Shown: piece by piece, positions 1-8,291 of the stretch | Numbering within the stretch: the first letter of the stretch is position 1 | How the letters are laid out: each line of letters opens with the position of its first letter | Origin: Deltaproteobacteria bacterium | GTDB taxonomy: Bacteria > Desulfobacterota > Syntrophia > Syntrophales > UBA2210 | NCBI GenBank assembly: GCA_019313695.1 | Contig: JAFDAS010000004.1 | Coordinates: 1 to 60,685 of the forward strand | Reading direction: 5' to 3' | DNA: 60,685 bases | Made by a program: the position numbers and the translations under genes | Notes under the pieces: model-generated | What the model was told of the DNA's origin: nothing | The model's input: the letters and a program-made list of their open reading frames with translations, nothing else | Database searches by the model: none

Positions 1-1
1 T

Positions 2-748
2 ATAAAGAAGAATACAAGGGCAATCTATCTTACCCATGCCTCCAACGTTACGGGCACAATCATGCCCATCGCCGAGACAGGAAAAATCGCCCGTGAAAAA
101 GGAGTCATATTTTGTGTTGATGCCGCGCAGACCGCGGGCGTCATTCCGATAGATGTAGAGGAGATGTTCATAGATGTCCTCGCGTTTACCGGTCATAAGT
201 CCCTCTTCGGTCCCCAGGGAACGGGAGGACTTTGCATGGCCGAAGGATTGGAAAAGGAGATCTGCCCCATCATGACCGGCGGCACAGGCAGCAGATCCGA
301 GTCGGAGGAACATCCGGATTTTCTCCCCGACAGATACGAATCGGGCACCGCGAATGTGATAGGAATTGCCGGCCTCAACGCCGGCATCCGGTTTATCCGC
401 TCCGTCGGGATAGAGGCCATAAGAAAAAAAGAGTCGGAACTGGCGGCAATTCTTATGGAAGGGCTCAAATCCATTCCAGAGGTTATCCTGTACGGGTGCG
501 GTGACGCGAAAAAGCAGACAGCTGTTGTGTCATTCAATATATCGGGCGTGGATTGCTCCGGGGTTGCCATGGCCCTCGATGAAGAATTCAATATCATGTC
601 GAGACCGGGTTTGCAGTGCGCCCCTGCCGCTCACAGCACCATCGGAACCTTTTCAGCGGGAACGGTGCGGCTCAGTCTGGGATACTTTCTTGAAAAGGAC
701 GACATTCAAGCAGTTCTTTTCGCCGTGGAAAAACTTATTCAAAGGTGA
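2..748 (+). CDS. cysteine desulfurase / class V aminotransferase family protein (5' end cut by window edge)
   Basis: Frame is open from base 2 (IKKNTRAIYLTHASNVTGTIMPI...). FTGHKSLFGPQGTGGL contains the PLP-lysine motif typical of NifS/CsdA-type desulfurases. Confidence 0.85.
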   Translation: MKKNTRAIYLTHASNVTGTIMPIAETGKIAREKGVIFCVDAAQTAGVIPIDVEEMFIDVLAFTGHKSLFGPQGTGGLCMAEGLEKEICPIMTGGTGSRSESEEHPDFLPDRYESGTANVIGIAGLNAGIRFIRSVGIEAIRKKESELAAILMEGLKSIPEVILYGCGDAKKQTAVVSFNISGVDCSGVAMALDEEFNIMSRPGLQCAPAAHSTIGTFSAGTVRLSLGYFLEKDDIQAVLFAVEKLIQR

Positions 749-755
749 TCAGAAT

Positions 756-986
756 ATGAGGGACACAAAAACCCGCCTGGTCCTTCTCTTTGACTCGACA
801 AGTGAAGCTCTGCTTGCCGAAAAACTCTTCAAAGGTGCAGGCATTTCCTATAAGATAATACCGGTGCCGCGCCATCTCAGCTCCGACTGCGGCGTCTGCA
901 TACGATTCTCCGCCACCGATAAAGAGAGGGTGTGTGAAGCCCTCGACGGCAGGGTGGATATTCGGGACATCTGTCCAATAGATTAA
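756..986 (+). CDS. DUF3343 (putative Se/S carrier-like) small protein
   Basis: 76-aa product MRDTKTRLVLLFDSTSEALLAEKLFKGAGISYKIIPVPRHLSSDCGVCIRF matches the DUF3343 pattern. The ATG lies 8 nt after the upstream stop. The longer ORF-track start at 501 overlaps the desulfurase. Confidence 0.75.
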   Translation: MRDTKTRLVLLFDSTSEALLAEKLFKGAGISYKIIPVPRHLSSDCGVCIRFSATDKERVCEALDGRVDIRDICPID

Positions 987-1117
987 ACCCCCGTTGATTA
1001 AACCCCCATTTGACATACCGGAGTGCAGGTCTTATTATAGTGGCGTATCTGCAAACGATTATGTGGAGCTTGTTGGAATATCCACTCAAGAGTAAAAAAC
1101 ATAGAGGAGAAAGCAAA

Positions 1118-1432
1118 ATGTTTGAAGTATCGGAAAAAGCACAGGAAATGATCAAAAAGGCACTTGAATCGAGGGAAGAAAAAATCCCTGTCCGTCTGGT
1201 GTATTCCGCAGGCGGGTGAGCGGGGCCTTCACTGGGAATGTCTCTGGATGAGGCAAGGGAAGAAGATAAGGTCTTTGAGGAAGATGGCGTCACATTCGTG
1301 ATAGACGAACAGTTGTTCGAACAGGTGAAGCCTGTAAACATAGATTTCATTACTACGGACAGAGGCTCAGGGTTTTCCATTACCTCCAGCCTGTCTGGCG
1401 GTTCATGCGGAGGAAGCTGCAGCGGCTGCTAA
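1118..1432 (+). CDS. HesB/IscA-like selenoprotein (TGA 1217-1219 read as selenocysteine)
   Basis: ORFs 1010..1219 and 1238..1432 share one frame and are separated by a single TGA. The joined product has ...VRLVYSAGG-U-AGPSLGMSLDE...VTFVIDEQL... and a Cys/Ser/Gly-rich tail (SGGSCGGSCSGC). AGGAGA RBS lies 9 nt upstream of ATG 1118. Confidence 0.75.
1225..1254 (+). promoter_or_regulatory. candidate bacterial SECIS hairpin
   Basis: Hand-folded imperfect stem GCCUUCACUGGG / UCUCUGGAUGAGGC with a 6-nt apical loop AAUGUC that contains GU. It starts 6 nt after the UGA. Not computed. Confidence 0.4.
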
Positions 1433-1437
1433 AGATA

Positions 1438-1761
1438 ATGCCTGAATCCAAAAAATACTGCGTCATACTGACTACGTGCGGGAACAGGGAGGAAGCGGAA
1501 AAACTGGCCCGCCTGTTGATTGAATCACGGCTGGCGGCGTGCGTGCAGCTAACGGGAGTTACAAGCTTTTACGAATGGGACGGTGCGGTCAACAGAGATG
1601 ACGAAAAGTTGCTGCTGATAAAGGCAAAATCTACTCACTATGACAGGATTGAAGAGTTTATTTCTAAGAATCACAGTTATGATGTCCCGGAGATAATACA
1701 GCTCCCGATAAGTGGCGGCAGCGAAACATACCTGAAATGGATTGCTGCTGTCAGCAAATGA
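1438..1761 (+). CDS. cutA: divalent-cation tolerance protein CutA
   Basis: CVILTTCGNREEAEKLARLLIESRLAACVQ...SFYEWDG...YDVPEII is the CutA1 family pattern. The ATG follows the upstream stop by 5 nt. Confidence 0.85.
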   Translation: MPESKKYCVILTTCGNREEAEKLARLLIESRLAACVQLTGVTSFYEWDGAVNRDDEKLLLIKAKSTHYDRIEEFISKNHSYDVPEIIQLPISGGSETYLKWIAAVSK

Positions 1762-1773
1762 GGGGCAAACCGC

Positions 1774-3012
1774 ATGAGTTTTGTTGCACATGTGTCAAAA
1801 GAGATTCTGTTCTTTTTTAATGAGATATCAATCTATCTGCTGTTCGGGTTTATTGTTGCCGGGATACTTTACGTTTTCTTTCCGGAATCCGTTATACGTC
1901 GTCACCTGGGGCGCGACTCCTTTCTCTCTGTCATAAAGTCAACGATATTCGGCATACCCCTTCCTCTCTGTTCATGCGGCGTTGTGCCGGTCGCGGCTTC
2001 CCTCAGGAAAAGCGGCGCGTCGAAGGGTTCTACCATATCATTTCTCATCGCGACACCACAGGTTGGCGCGGACAGTTTCATGATTACCTATTCCCTTTTA
2101 GGATGGGTGTTCGCTCTTTTCCGTATTGTTGCGTCACTGGTCACCGCGCTGGCTGCCGGTATCATGGTTAATATTCTTGGCAGGAACGGGCCTGATCAGC
2201 CGGAGATTGTCCTGCCGGATGATGCGGTTCCGCGGGAAAGCTATTACAAGCGGCTCAAATCAATCCCCGGCTATATTGAATATGACCTGTTAGGCTCCCT
2301 CGCGAACGCACTGTTGATGGGTATAATTGCCGCTGGCATTATATCCGCCCTGATACCTGATGGATTTTTTGAAAAACACCTTGGCAGTGATTTCCTATCC
2401 ATGCTTTTAATGCTGATTGTAGGCATCCCCATTTATGTGTGTGCCGCGGCATCCACACCTGTCGCCGCCTCCCTTATAATGAAGGGCATCTCACCGGGCG
2501 CCGCTCTGGTTTTTCTCCTGACGGGTCCCGCGACGAATGCCATGACTATTTTGACGGTCTTTAAAGTCCTTGGCAAAAAATCCACCATTGTTTATCTGTC
2601 GGCCATTGCCCTTATCAGCCTTTTGTTAGGATACCTGCTTAACATATTTACAGCGCATTTCGGTTTTCAAAACGTTATAATCCTTCATAATCACGAAATA
2701 CTGCCTGCATGGCTGAAGGCGGGAGGGTCCATTATACTGGCCATGATGATCGGATGGTATTATCTGAAAACCAGGATTCTTGACAGGGTAAAGGGGGGAA
2801 GAGACGTGGGAGACAATAAAATAAGCTTGCCTGTTCAGGGTATGACCTGCATGCATTGCGCGGGCACGGTAAAAAAGGCTGTCGAATCGATCGCCGGGAC
2901 ATCGGATGTTGATGTCCGCCTGGACGAAAAAACGGTGGTATTTGAGATAGAGGAAGAAGCCGGTATCGAAAAAGTAAAGCAGGCAATCGAGCGCGCAGGC
3001 TACGACGTTTAA
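1774..3012 (+). CDS. predicted permease (PF03773/ArsP-type, SO_0444-like) fused to a C-terminal heavy-metal-associated (HMA) domain
   Basis: 412 aa and multi-TM. It carries the conserved PLPLCSCGVVP motif. The last ~65 aa contain GMTCMHCAGTVKKAVE, the HMA CxxC motif. Confidence 0.8.
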   Translation: MSFVAHVSKEILFFFNEISIYLLFGFIVAGILYVFFPESVIRRHLGRDSFLSVIKSTIFGIPLPLCSCGVVPVAASLRKSGASKGSTISFLIATPQVGADSFMITYSLLGWVFALFRIVASLVTALAAGIMVNILGRNGPDQPEIVLPDDAVPRESYYKRLKSIPGYIEYDLLGSLANALLMGIIAAGIISALIPDGFFEKHLGSDFLSMLLMLIVGIPIYVCAAASTPVAASLIMKGISPGAALVFLLTGPATNAMTILTVFKVLGKKSTIVYLSAIALISLLLGYLLNIFTAHFGFQNVIILHNHEILPAWLKAGGSIILAMMIGWYYLKTRILDRVKGGRDVGDNKISLPVQGMTCMHCAGTVKKAVESIAGTSDVDVRLDEKTVVFEIEEEAGIEKVKQAIERAGYDV

Positions 3013-3082
3013 GAAGTATAAAGGCCGCGCCTGCACTTTTATGTCGGATAGCCGGAACTCTTCACCTTTTTCCTGACAGACC

Positions 3083-4219
3083 CTAATGTTTTACTCCATG
3101 ATCAAATTTATATCCCGCCTTTGCAAATCCTGACTCTATCGCACCCACGGTGGCCAGTATGTCCGCGGCGCTCACAGCACCCATGTGTCCCACGCGGAAG
3201 TACTTCTCTCTGATTTCGGCGAGGAGGCCTCCGGCTAATATGGCGCCGGCATCCTTGATCAGCGGGAGCACGCTGCCGTTCACACCTTCCGGGAAATATG
3301 GGGCGGTCAGGGTATTAGCCGCCTTATCGGCGTTTACCGGCACCTGCTTCAGACCAATGGCGGTCATGGCCGCCTTGAATGCGTCGCTCATGAGACGGTG
3401 ACGGGCAAAACGTTTGTCCATCCCTTCGGCGAGAATCTGCTCGAGGCTGATGTTCAGCGCCCATACGAGATTCACCGCCTGTGTTCCGAAGTAGGCCGCC
3501 TTGCGGTCTTCGTAAGACTCCATTATGGGAAGCCAGTTCGCCCAGTCGGAGTAGTAGCTTCCAACAGGGGTGCGGCGGTTTTTGAATGTCTCTATCGCTT
3601 TGGGGCTTGCCACAAGAAGCGCCAGCCCGGGGGGAACCCCTATGGCCTTCTGGCAGGCGGTGAGGACAATATCCACGCCCCATTCTTCCTGGCGCAGTTC
3701 TTCGCCGGCAACGGAGCAGACGCCATCCACGATACTCAGGATTCCATACTTCCGGCACAGGCCAGCCAGCCCCTCTATGTCGGCGCATACAGCGGTAGAG
3801 GTGTCAACGTGTGTCACAGCCAACCCCTTATAATCGGCCTTCCTGAGTTCCGCCTCAATTTCATCCAGAGAAGGGACATCTCCTATGGCTGACTTAACGT
3901 GTGTGACCCGCGCCCCATAGCGTTCCAGAATTGCGCCGAAACGGTCGCTGAAATAACCCGTGTTTACCACCAGAACATTATCTCCCGGTTCGATGATGTT
4001 GCAGGCGGCCATGTCCATGGCCATCGTTCCGGAACCGGCAACAATAAATGGTTGCCCGCCGGGGCATAGAAACACCTCGCGCGTCCGTTCAAGCGCCTGA
4101 CCCATGCACTCGACAAAGTCGGGGGCCACATGGCTCGTTGTGGGCATACCCATCGCCCGCATTACCTCGGGAGTAAACTCGATCGGTCCGGGAATCATAA
4201 GAAGTTTTCTGTTTTTCAT
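3083..4219 (-). CDS. class V aminotransferase (alanine-glyoxylate / serine-pyruvate aminotransferase-like)
   Basis: N-terminus MKNRKLLMIPGPIEFTPEVMRAMG and a length of ~378 aa. GGAGG lies 8 nt upstream of ATG 4219. The ORF-track start at 4234 is an upstream in-frame ATG that overlaps the RBS. Confidence 0.85.
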   Translation of the reverse strand: MKNRKLLMIPGPIEFTPEVMRAMGMPTTSHVAPDFVECMGQALERTREVFLCPGGQPFIVAGSGTMAMDMAACNIIEPGDNVLVVNTGYFSDRFGAILERYGARVTHVKSAIGDVPSLDEIEAELRKADYKGLAVTHVDTSTAVCADIEGLAGLCRKYGILSIVDGVCSVAGEELRQEEWGVDIVLTACQKAIGVPPGLALLVASPKAIETFKNRRTPVGSYYSDWANWLPIMESYEDRKAAYFGTQAVNLVWALNISLEQILAEGMDKRFARHRLMSDAFKAAMTAIGLKQVPVNADKAANTLTAPYFPEGVNGSVLPLIKDAGAILAGGLLAEIREKYFRVGHMGAVSAADILATVGAIESGFAKAGYKFDHGVKH

Positions 4220-4273
4220 GGTTGTTGCCTCCATTTTTAATTAATGACACTCTTGTCGTGTCAATCAAGAAAT

Positions 4274-4335
4274 GTCATTTCGACCGCAGGGAGAAATCTA
4301 AGATTTCTCAGTCGTAAAAACTCCTTCGAAATGAC
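4274..4335. repeat. nested palindromic REP/MITE-like element
   Basis: Outer inverted repeat is GTCATTTCGA (4274-4283) / TCGAAATGAC (4326-4335). It encloses the inner palindrome GAGAAATCT-A-AGATTTCTC (4291-4309). Confidence 0.7.
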
Positions 4336-4544
4336 AAAGTATCATTGACATGACACTCGCTGAAAAAGAATGAAATAATATTTCTTATCTGAAACTGCTC
4401 CATATTGATATCATATTTTGCCGACTGAGGGAATCTCCGGCGGCGTTTTTTTGTGCCGGCATTTATCCCTGCCTGAAATCCGCAATTTTCTCTTGCCGCA
4501 GGGTTTGAACTTTATTATAGGGATAAGACAAGGAGGAAAACGAT

Positions 4545-5306
4545 ATGAAGGTCATATATCACGAAGATTTTAAAGAGTCTTATTGTTCCGATCCCGCCGC
4601 AGCCGATGGACGGATCGAAGCCGTTATCAAAGCCATAGAAGGCAGGGTTGAATTTATTGACGCGATTCCCGCCGATGAAGGGGACATTCTTGCCTGCCAT
4701 ACGGACAATCATGTGGCGCATGTGAGAAAACAGGGGCTTTACGATATAGCTGCCCTTGCGGCCGGGGGCGCCATCCAGGCAGCCTTCAACGGTCTTGTCG
4801 AACCCTGCTTCGCCCTTATAAGACCCCCCGGACATCACGCGTCCGCGAACAATTCATGGGGCTTTTGTTTCTTTAACAATATGGCCATTGCCATATCAAA
4901 ACTGAAGAGAGAAGGCAGGATAAATACGGCATTTATCCTGGATTTTGACCTTCATTTCGGTGATGGCAACGTTAACATACTTGGAAATTCCGACTATGTA
5001 ACCATATACAATCCAACCGAATCCGATCCGAACAAATATCTCAGACATGTAGAGGAGATACTTCCTGACGATGCGGACATCATCGGCATCTCAGCAGGTT
5101 TTGATAATCACAGAGAAGACTGGGGCGGCGTCCTCTCCACAGATAATTACCGGGAGATGGGTCGGATGGTCCGCAGCGCGAGCCGGAAAAGCGGCGGAGG
5201 ATGCTTCGCCATACTGGAGGGAGGTTACAACCACAGAGTGCTGGGGCAGAATGTCATGGCCCTGATAGAGGGGCTGGAAGAGTTGGGGAAGACCGGGGAT
5301 GGATAA
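4545..5306 (+). CDS. histone deacetylase-family amidohydrolase (short, acetylpolyamine/AcuC-like)
   Basis: RPPGHHA...GFCFFNN...LDFDLHFGDGN motifs of the arginase/deacetylase superfamily. AAGGAGGA RBS precedes ATG 4545. Confidence 0.8.
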   Translation: MKVIYHEDFKESYCSDPAAADGRIEAVIKAIEGRVEFIDAIPADEGDILACHTDNHVAHVRKQGLYDIAALAAGGAIQAAFNGLVEPCFALIRPPGHHASANNSWGFCFFNNMAIAISKLKREGRINTAFILDFDLHFGDGNVNILGNSDYVTIYNPTESDPNKYLRHVEEILPDDADIIGISAGFDNHREDWGGVLSTDNYREMGRMVRSASRKSGGGCFAILEGGYNHRVLGQNVMALIEGLEELGKTGDG

Positions 5307-5419
5307 AGAAGGAAGGCGCTAAAAAGTATGGCGCAAAATATGGAGATCAGGTGTTGTGTCTGGGCTGTGTTGAACTTTTATCAATGGACCTGCCCAGTTT
5401 TAATTCCTCTTGGGGTTAA

Positions 5420-5443
5420 TTCCCCGCCGCCTGCGGCGGGGAA
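5420..5443. repeat. GC-rich REP-like hairpin (CCCCGCCGC/GCGGCGGGG)
   Basis: TTCCCCGCCGC-CT-GCGGCGGGGAA. Related hairpins lie at 16226-16245 and 31569-31588. Confidence 0.6.
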
Positions 5444-5543
5444 GTTCATTTGTATCGTATAAGAATTATTGTCTTGCATTATAGATGACCAGGGCATAGA
5501 TGATTAACTGTAACTTGCTTTTGTTGATAAAGGAGGTGCGCAT

Positions 5544-6905
5544 ATGAGAAAGCTTGAGATATCCGAGGGTGACATAAACATTTCTCCCGGAAGGAATAAA
5601 TGGCAGGAGGAGAATCTTAGCAAAGAGACACGTGCCGTCCTTGATGAAGACTCGCGATATTTCCTGAGTCAAGCGCTCTCCACTCCCTGTCTGAACGTAA
5701 TGTCCCGGTGCGAAGGGGCATATATTGAAGACATGCAGGGCCGGCGGTATATGGATTTTCACGGGAACAATGTCCATCAGGTGGGCTTTGCCAATCCTGA
5801 TGTTATAGAGGCGGTTAAACGACAGCTTGACGACCTCTCATTCTGCACCCGGCGCTACACCAACAGCGTGGCCGTTGAGCTGGCGGGAAAACTCTGCGAA
5901 ATCGCGCCGGGGGATTTGAATAAGGTGCTCTTGTGCCCCGGAGGGACCGAGGCAATAGGAATTGCCATAAAGCTCGCCCGAATGGCAACAGGCCGCCACA
6001 AGACGATTTCAATGTGGGATTCCTTTCACGGCGCGTCACTCGACGCGATATCCATAGGGGGAGAGGCGATATTTCGCAGGGACATTGGTCCCCTTATGTC
6101 CGGGACGGAGCATGCTCCCCCACCCGATGAATATCACTGTGCCTTCGGTTACCCGAATTGCGATGGCTGTGATTTTGTCTGCGCGCGGTACATCGAGTAT
6201 ATACTTGAAAAAGAGGGAGATATCTCCGCTGTTATAGCCGAGCCGATAAGGAGCACCCCTTACATTCCCAGACCTGAATACTGGAGAATAATAAGAGAAG
6301 CCTGTGACCGTCATGGCGCACTGCTTATATTCGATGAAATCCCTCACGCGCTGGGTCGTACAGGAAAGATGTTTACATTCGAGAATTTCGATATTGTACC
6401 TGACATGGTTGTGATAGGCAAGGGACTGGGAGGGGGAATATTTCCACTTGCCGCGCTGATCGTCCGGGAGAATCTGGACGTTGCCGCGGAACGGGCTCTG
6501 GGACACTATACCCATGAAAAAAGTCCCGTCGGATGCGCGGCGGCGCTGGCAACTATCGATTATATAGAGCGTCACAATCTTGCAGCCCGCGCCTCTGAAC
6601 TGGGCAGATACGCCCTCGATCGGATGGGGGGAATGATGGAACGGCACCCCCTGATAGGGGATGTCAGGGGGATAGGTCTGTTCCTCGGAATAGAACTGGT
6701 GAAGGACAGGGCGACGCGTGAAAGGGCTGTCGAAGAGGCGGAAGAGGTGATGTACAGGGCTCTGACTAAGGGACTGAGCTTCAAGTTGACTATGGGAAAT
6801 ATAATTACCCTCACACCGGCCCTGATAATCACCAGGGAAGAGATGGACAGGGCGCTTGATATCATCGACGAATGCCTGAACGAGGTGGAGGAGAATAAGC
6901 GGTAA
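5544..6905 (+). CDS. class III (omega-type) PLP aminotransferase family protein, paralogue 1
   Basis: 453 aa with a class III fold-type I pattern (MDFHGNNVHQVGFANP, FDEIPHALGRTGKMF). Paralogue of 28199..29569. AAGGAGG RBS. Confidence 0.85.
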   Translation: MRKLEISEGDINISPGRNKWQEENLSKETRAVLDEDSRYFLSQALSTPCLNVMSRCEGAYIEDMQGRRYMDFHGNNVHQVGFANPDVIEAVKRQLDDLSFCTRRYTNSVAVELAGKLCEIAPGDLNKVLLCPGGTEAIGIAIKLARMATGRHKTISMWDSFHGASLDAISIGGEAIFRRDIGPLMSGTEHAPPPDEYHCAFGYPNCDGCDFVCARYIEYILEKEGDISAVIAEPIRSTPYIPRPEYWRIIREACDRHGALLIFDEIPHALGRTGKMFTFENFDIVPDMVVIGKGLGGGIFPLAALIVRENLDVAAERALGHYTHEKSPVGCAAALATIDYIERHNLAARASELGRYALDRMGGMMERHPLIGDVRGIGLFLGIELVKDRATRERAVEEAEEVMYRALTKGLSFKLTMGNIITLTPALIITREEMDRALDIIDECLNEVEENKR

Positions 6906-6914
6906 AAAAGGCGA

Positions 6915-6940
6915 GGCCGGAAGAATAGCTGCTTCCGGCC
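6915..6940. terminator. bidirectional terminator hairpin between convergent genes
   Basis: GGCCGGAAG-aatagctg-CTTCCGGCC, flanked by A-runs on both sides. Confidence 0.6.
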
Positions 6941-7027
6941 CCACGGGCTAAAAAGGAGGTTTGGAGGGTTCCCGGTAATGTGTCGTAATTGACCGCTGAG
7001 GTTGCCTGGCAGACCTCACAGTTGTGA

Positions 7028-8140
7028 TCATAAAAGAGTGTCAACGGGTACGTACTCAAGCCCGAAGGCGTCGGCAACCCCCATGCAGGTCACCTTGCCC
7101 TTTACCACATTGGCGCCATGTTTGATTTCCCGGTTTTCCCTGAAAGCCCTTTTCCAACCCTTTGTTGCGATTTCCACGGCGTAAGGCAGGGTGGCATTGG
7201 TAAGAGCCAGTGTCGATGTCTTCGGTACGGCGCCGGGCATATTGGCAACACAGTAATGAAGCACTCCGTCCACGGTGAAGACAGGATCAGTGTGTGTGGT
7301 GGCCTTTGATGTTTCGAAACACCCGCCCTGATCGATGGCAACATCGACCATAACGGAGCCCTTTTTCATGGTTTTTAACATGTCTCGGGTTACAAGTTTC
7401 GGCGCCTTGGCTCCAGGGATGAGGACAGCCCCTATCACCAGGTCCGCTTCCCTTATGAGGTTGCGAATCGTAACCGGTTTTGACATGAGCAGAAAACAGT
7501 TCTTCGGCATTACATCACTCAGATAGCGGAGACGGTACAGGTCGTTATCAAGCAGATACACCTTGGCGCCCAGGCCGCATGCCATCTTTGCGGCATTGGT
7601 CCCTACGATTCCACCTCCGATGATGAGTACGGTGCCGGGGTCAACTCCCGGAACTCCGCCCAGAAGAACTCCCGCTCCTCCCCGGGACATTTCCAGATAA
7701 CGGGCTCCCTCCTGAATAGACATACGCCCTGCCACTTCACTCATCGGATTAAGGAGGGGCAATGATCGATCCTCCATCTGTATGGTTTCGTAGGCTATAT
7801 TTACAGATCCGCTCTGGACGAGGTGCCTGGTCAGTTTTTCATTTGCGGCAAGGTGGAGGTATGTGAAGACAATCTGGTCTTTCCTGATAAATCCATATTC
7901 CGACGGCAGCGGTTCCTTGACATGCATTACCATTTCTGCTCGTTCGTAGATTTCCCGGGGGCCTCCCACTATCTCTGCCCCGGCATTCATGTAAACTTTG
8001 TCTGAGAGTCCGCTCTTTATGCCGGCCTTCTTTTCCACAAGAACGGTATGCCCGTTCTGGTTCATCACTTCGACCCCTCCGGGGGTCATGGATACCCTGT
8101 TCTCTTCGGCCTTGATTTCTTTAAGAATCCCTACAATCAT
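7028..8140 (-). CDS. ald: alanine dehydrogenase
   Basis: [23 protein letters not shown]... and the NAD-binding segment [24 protein letters not shown]. 370 aa, typical for Ald. Confidence 0.9.
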   Translation of the reverse strand: MIVGILKEIKAEENRVSMTPGGVEVMNQNGHTVLVEKKAGIKSGLSDKVYMNAGAEIVGGPREIYERAEMVMHVKEPLPSEYGFIRKDQIVFTYLHLAANEKLTRHLVQSGSVNIAYETIQMEDRSLPLLNPMSEVAGRMSIQEGARYLEMSRGGAGVLLGGVPGVDPGTVLIIGGGIVGTNAAKMACGLGAKVYLLDNDLYRLRYLSDVMPKNCFLLMSKPVTIRNLIREADLVIGAVLIPGAKAPKLVTRDMLKTMKKGSVMVDVAIDQGGCFETSKATTHTDPVFTVDGVLHYCVANMPGAVPKTSTLALTNATLPYAVEIATKGWKRAFRENREIKHGANVVKGKVTCMGVADAFGLEYVPVDTLL

Positions 8141-8193
8141 TGCATTCTCCTTCAGGACGGATATGTCTAATCTATAAGAATATTATTAAAGAG

Positions 8194-8216
8194 CTTCGGG
8201 GGCGCATTTCCCGAAG
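8194..8216 (-). terminator. putative intrinsic terminator after the phnW-like gene
   Basis: On the minus strand, stem CTTCGGG / CCCGAAG is followed by CTCTTTAATAATATTCTT. Confidence 0.5.
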
Positions 8217-8291
8217 GCAGTTGGTACCAGGGATCACTGAACGGCTAAAATACCATTGAGCTTGTTCCGAGTTCCCGTCAGTTAGTATCTG

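Noticed and set aside
1010-1219. ORF-track start at 1010 for the HesB-like gene
   Set aside because: The first 36 codons (MTYRSAGLIIVAYLQTIMWSLLEYPL...) lack an RBS and are not HesB-like. ATG 1118 has AGGAGA at the right distance.
6036-6944. 302-aa ORF on the minus strand
   Set aside because: It is antisense to the class III aminotransferase gene, whose translation carries clear family motifs. This is a typical shadow ORF.
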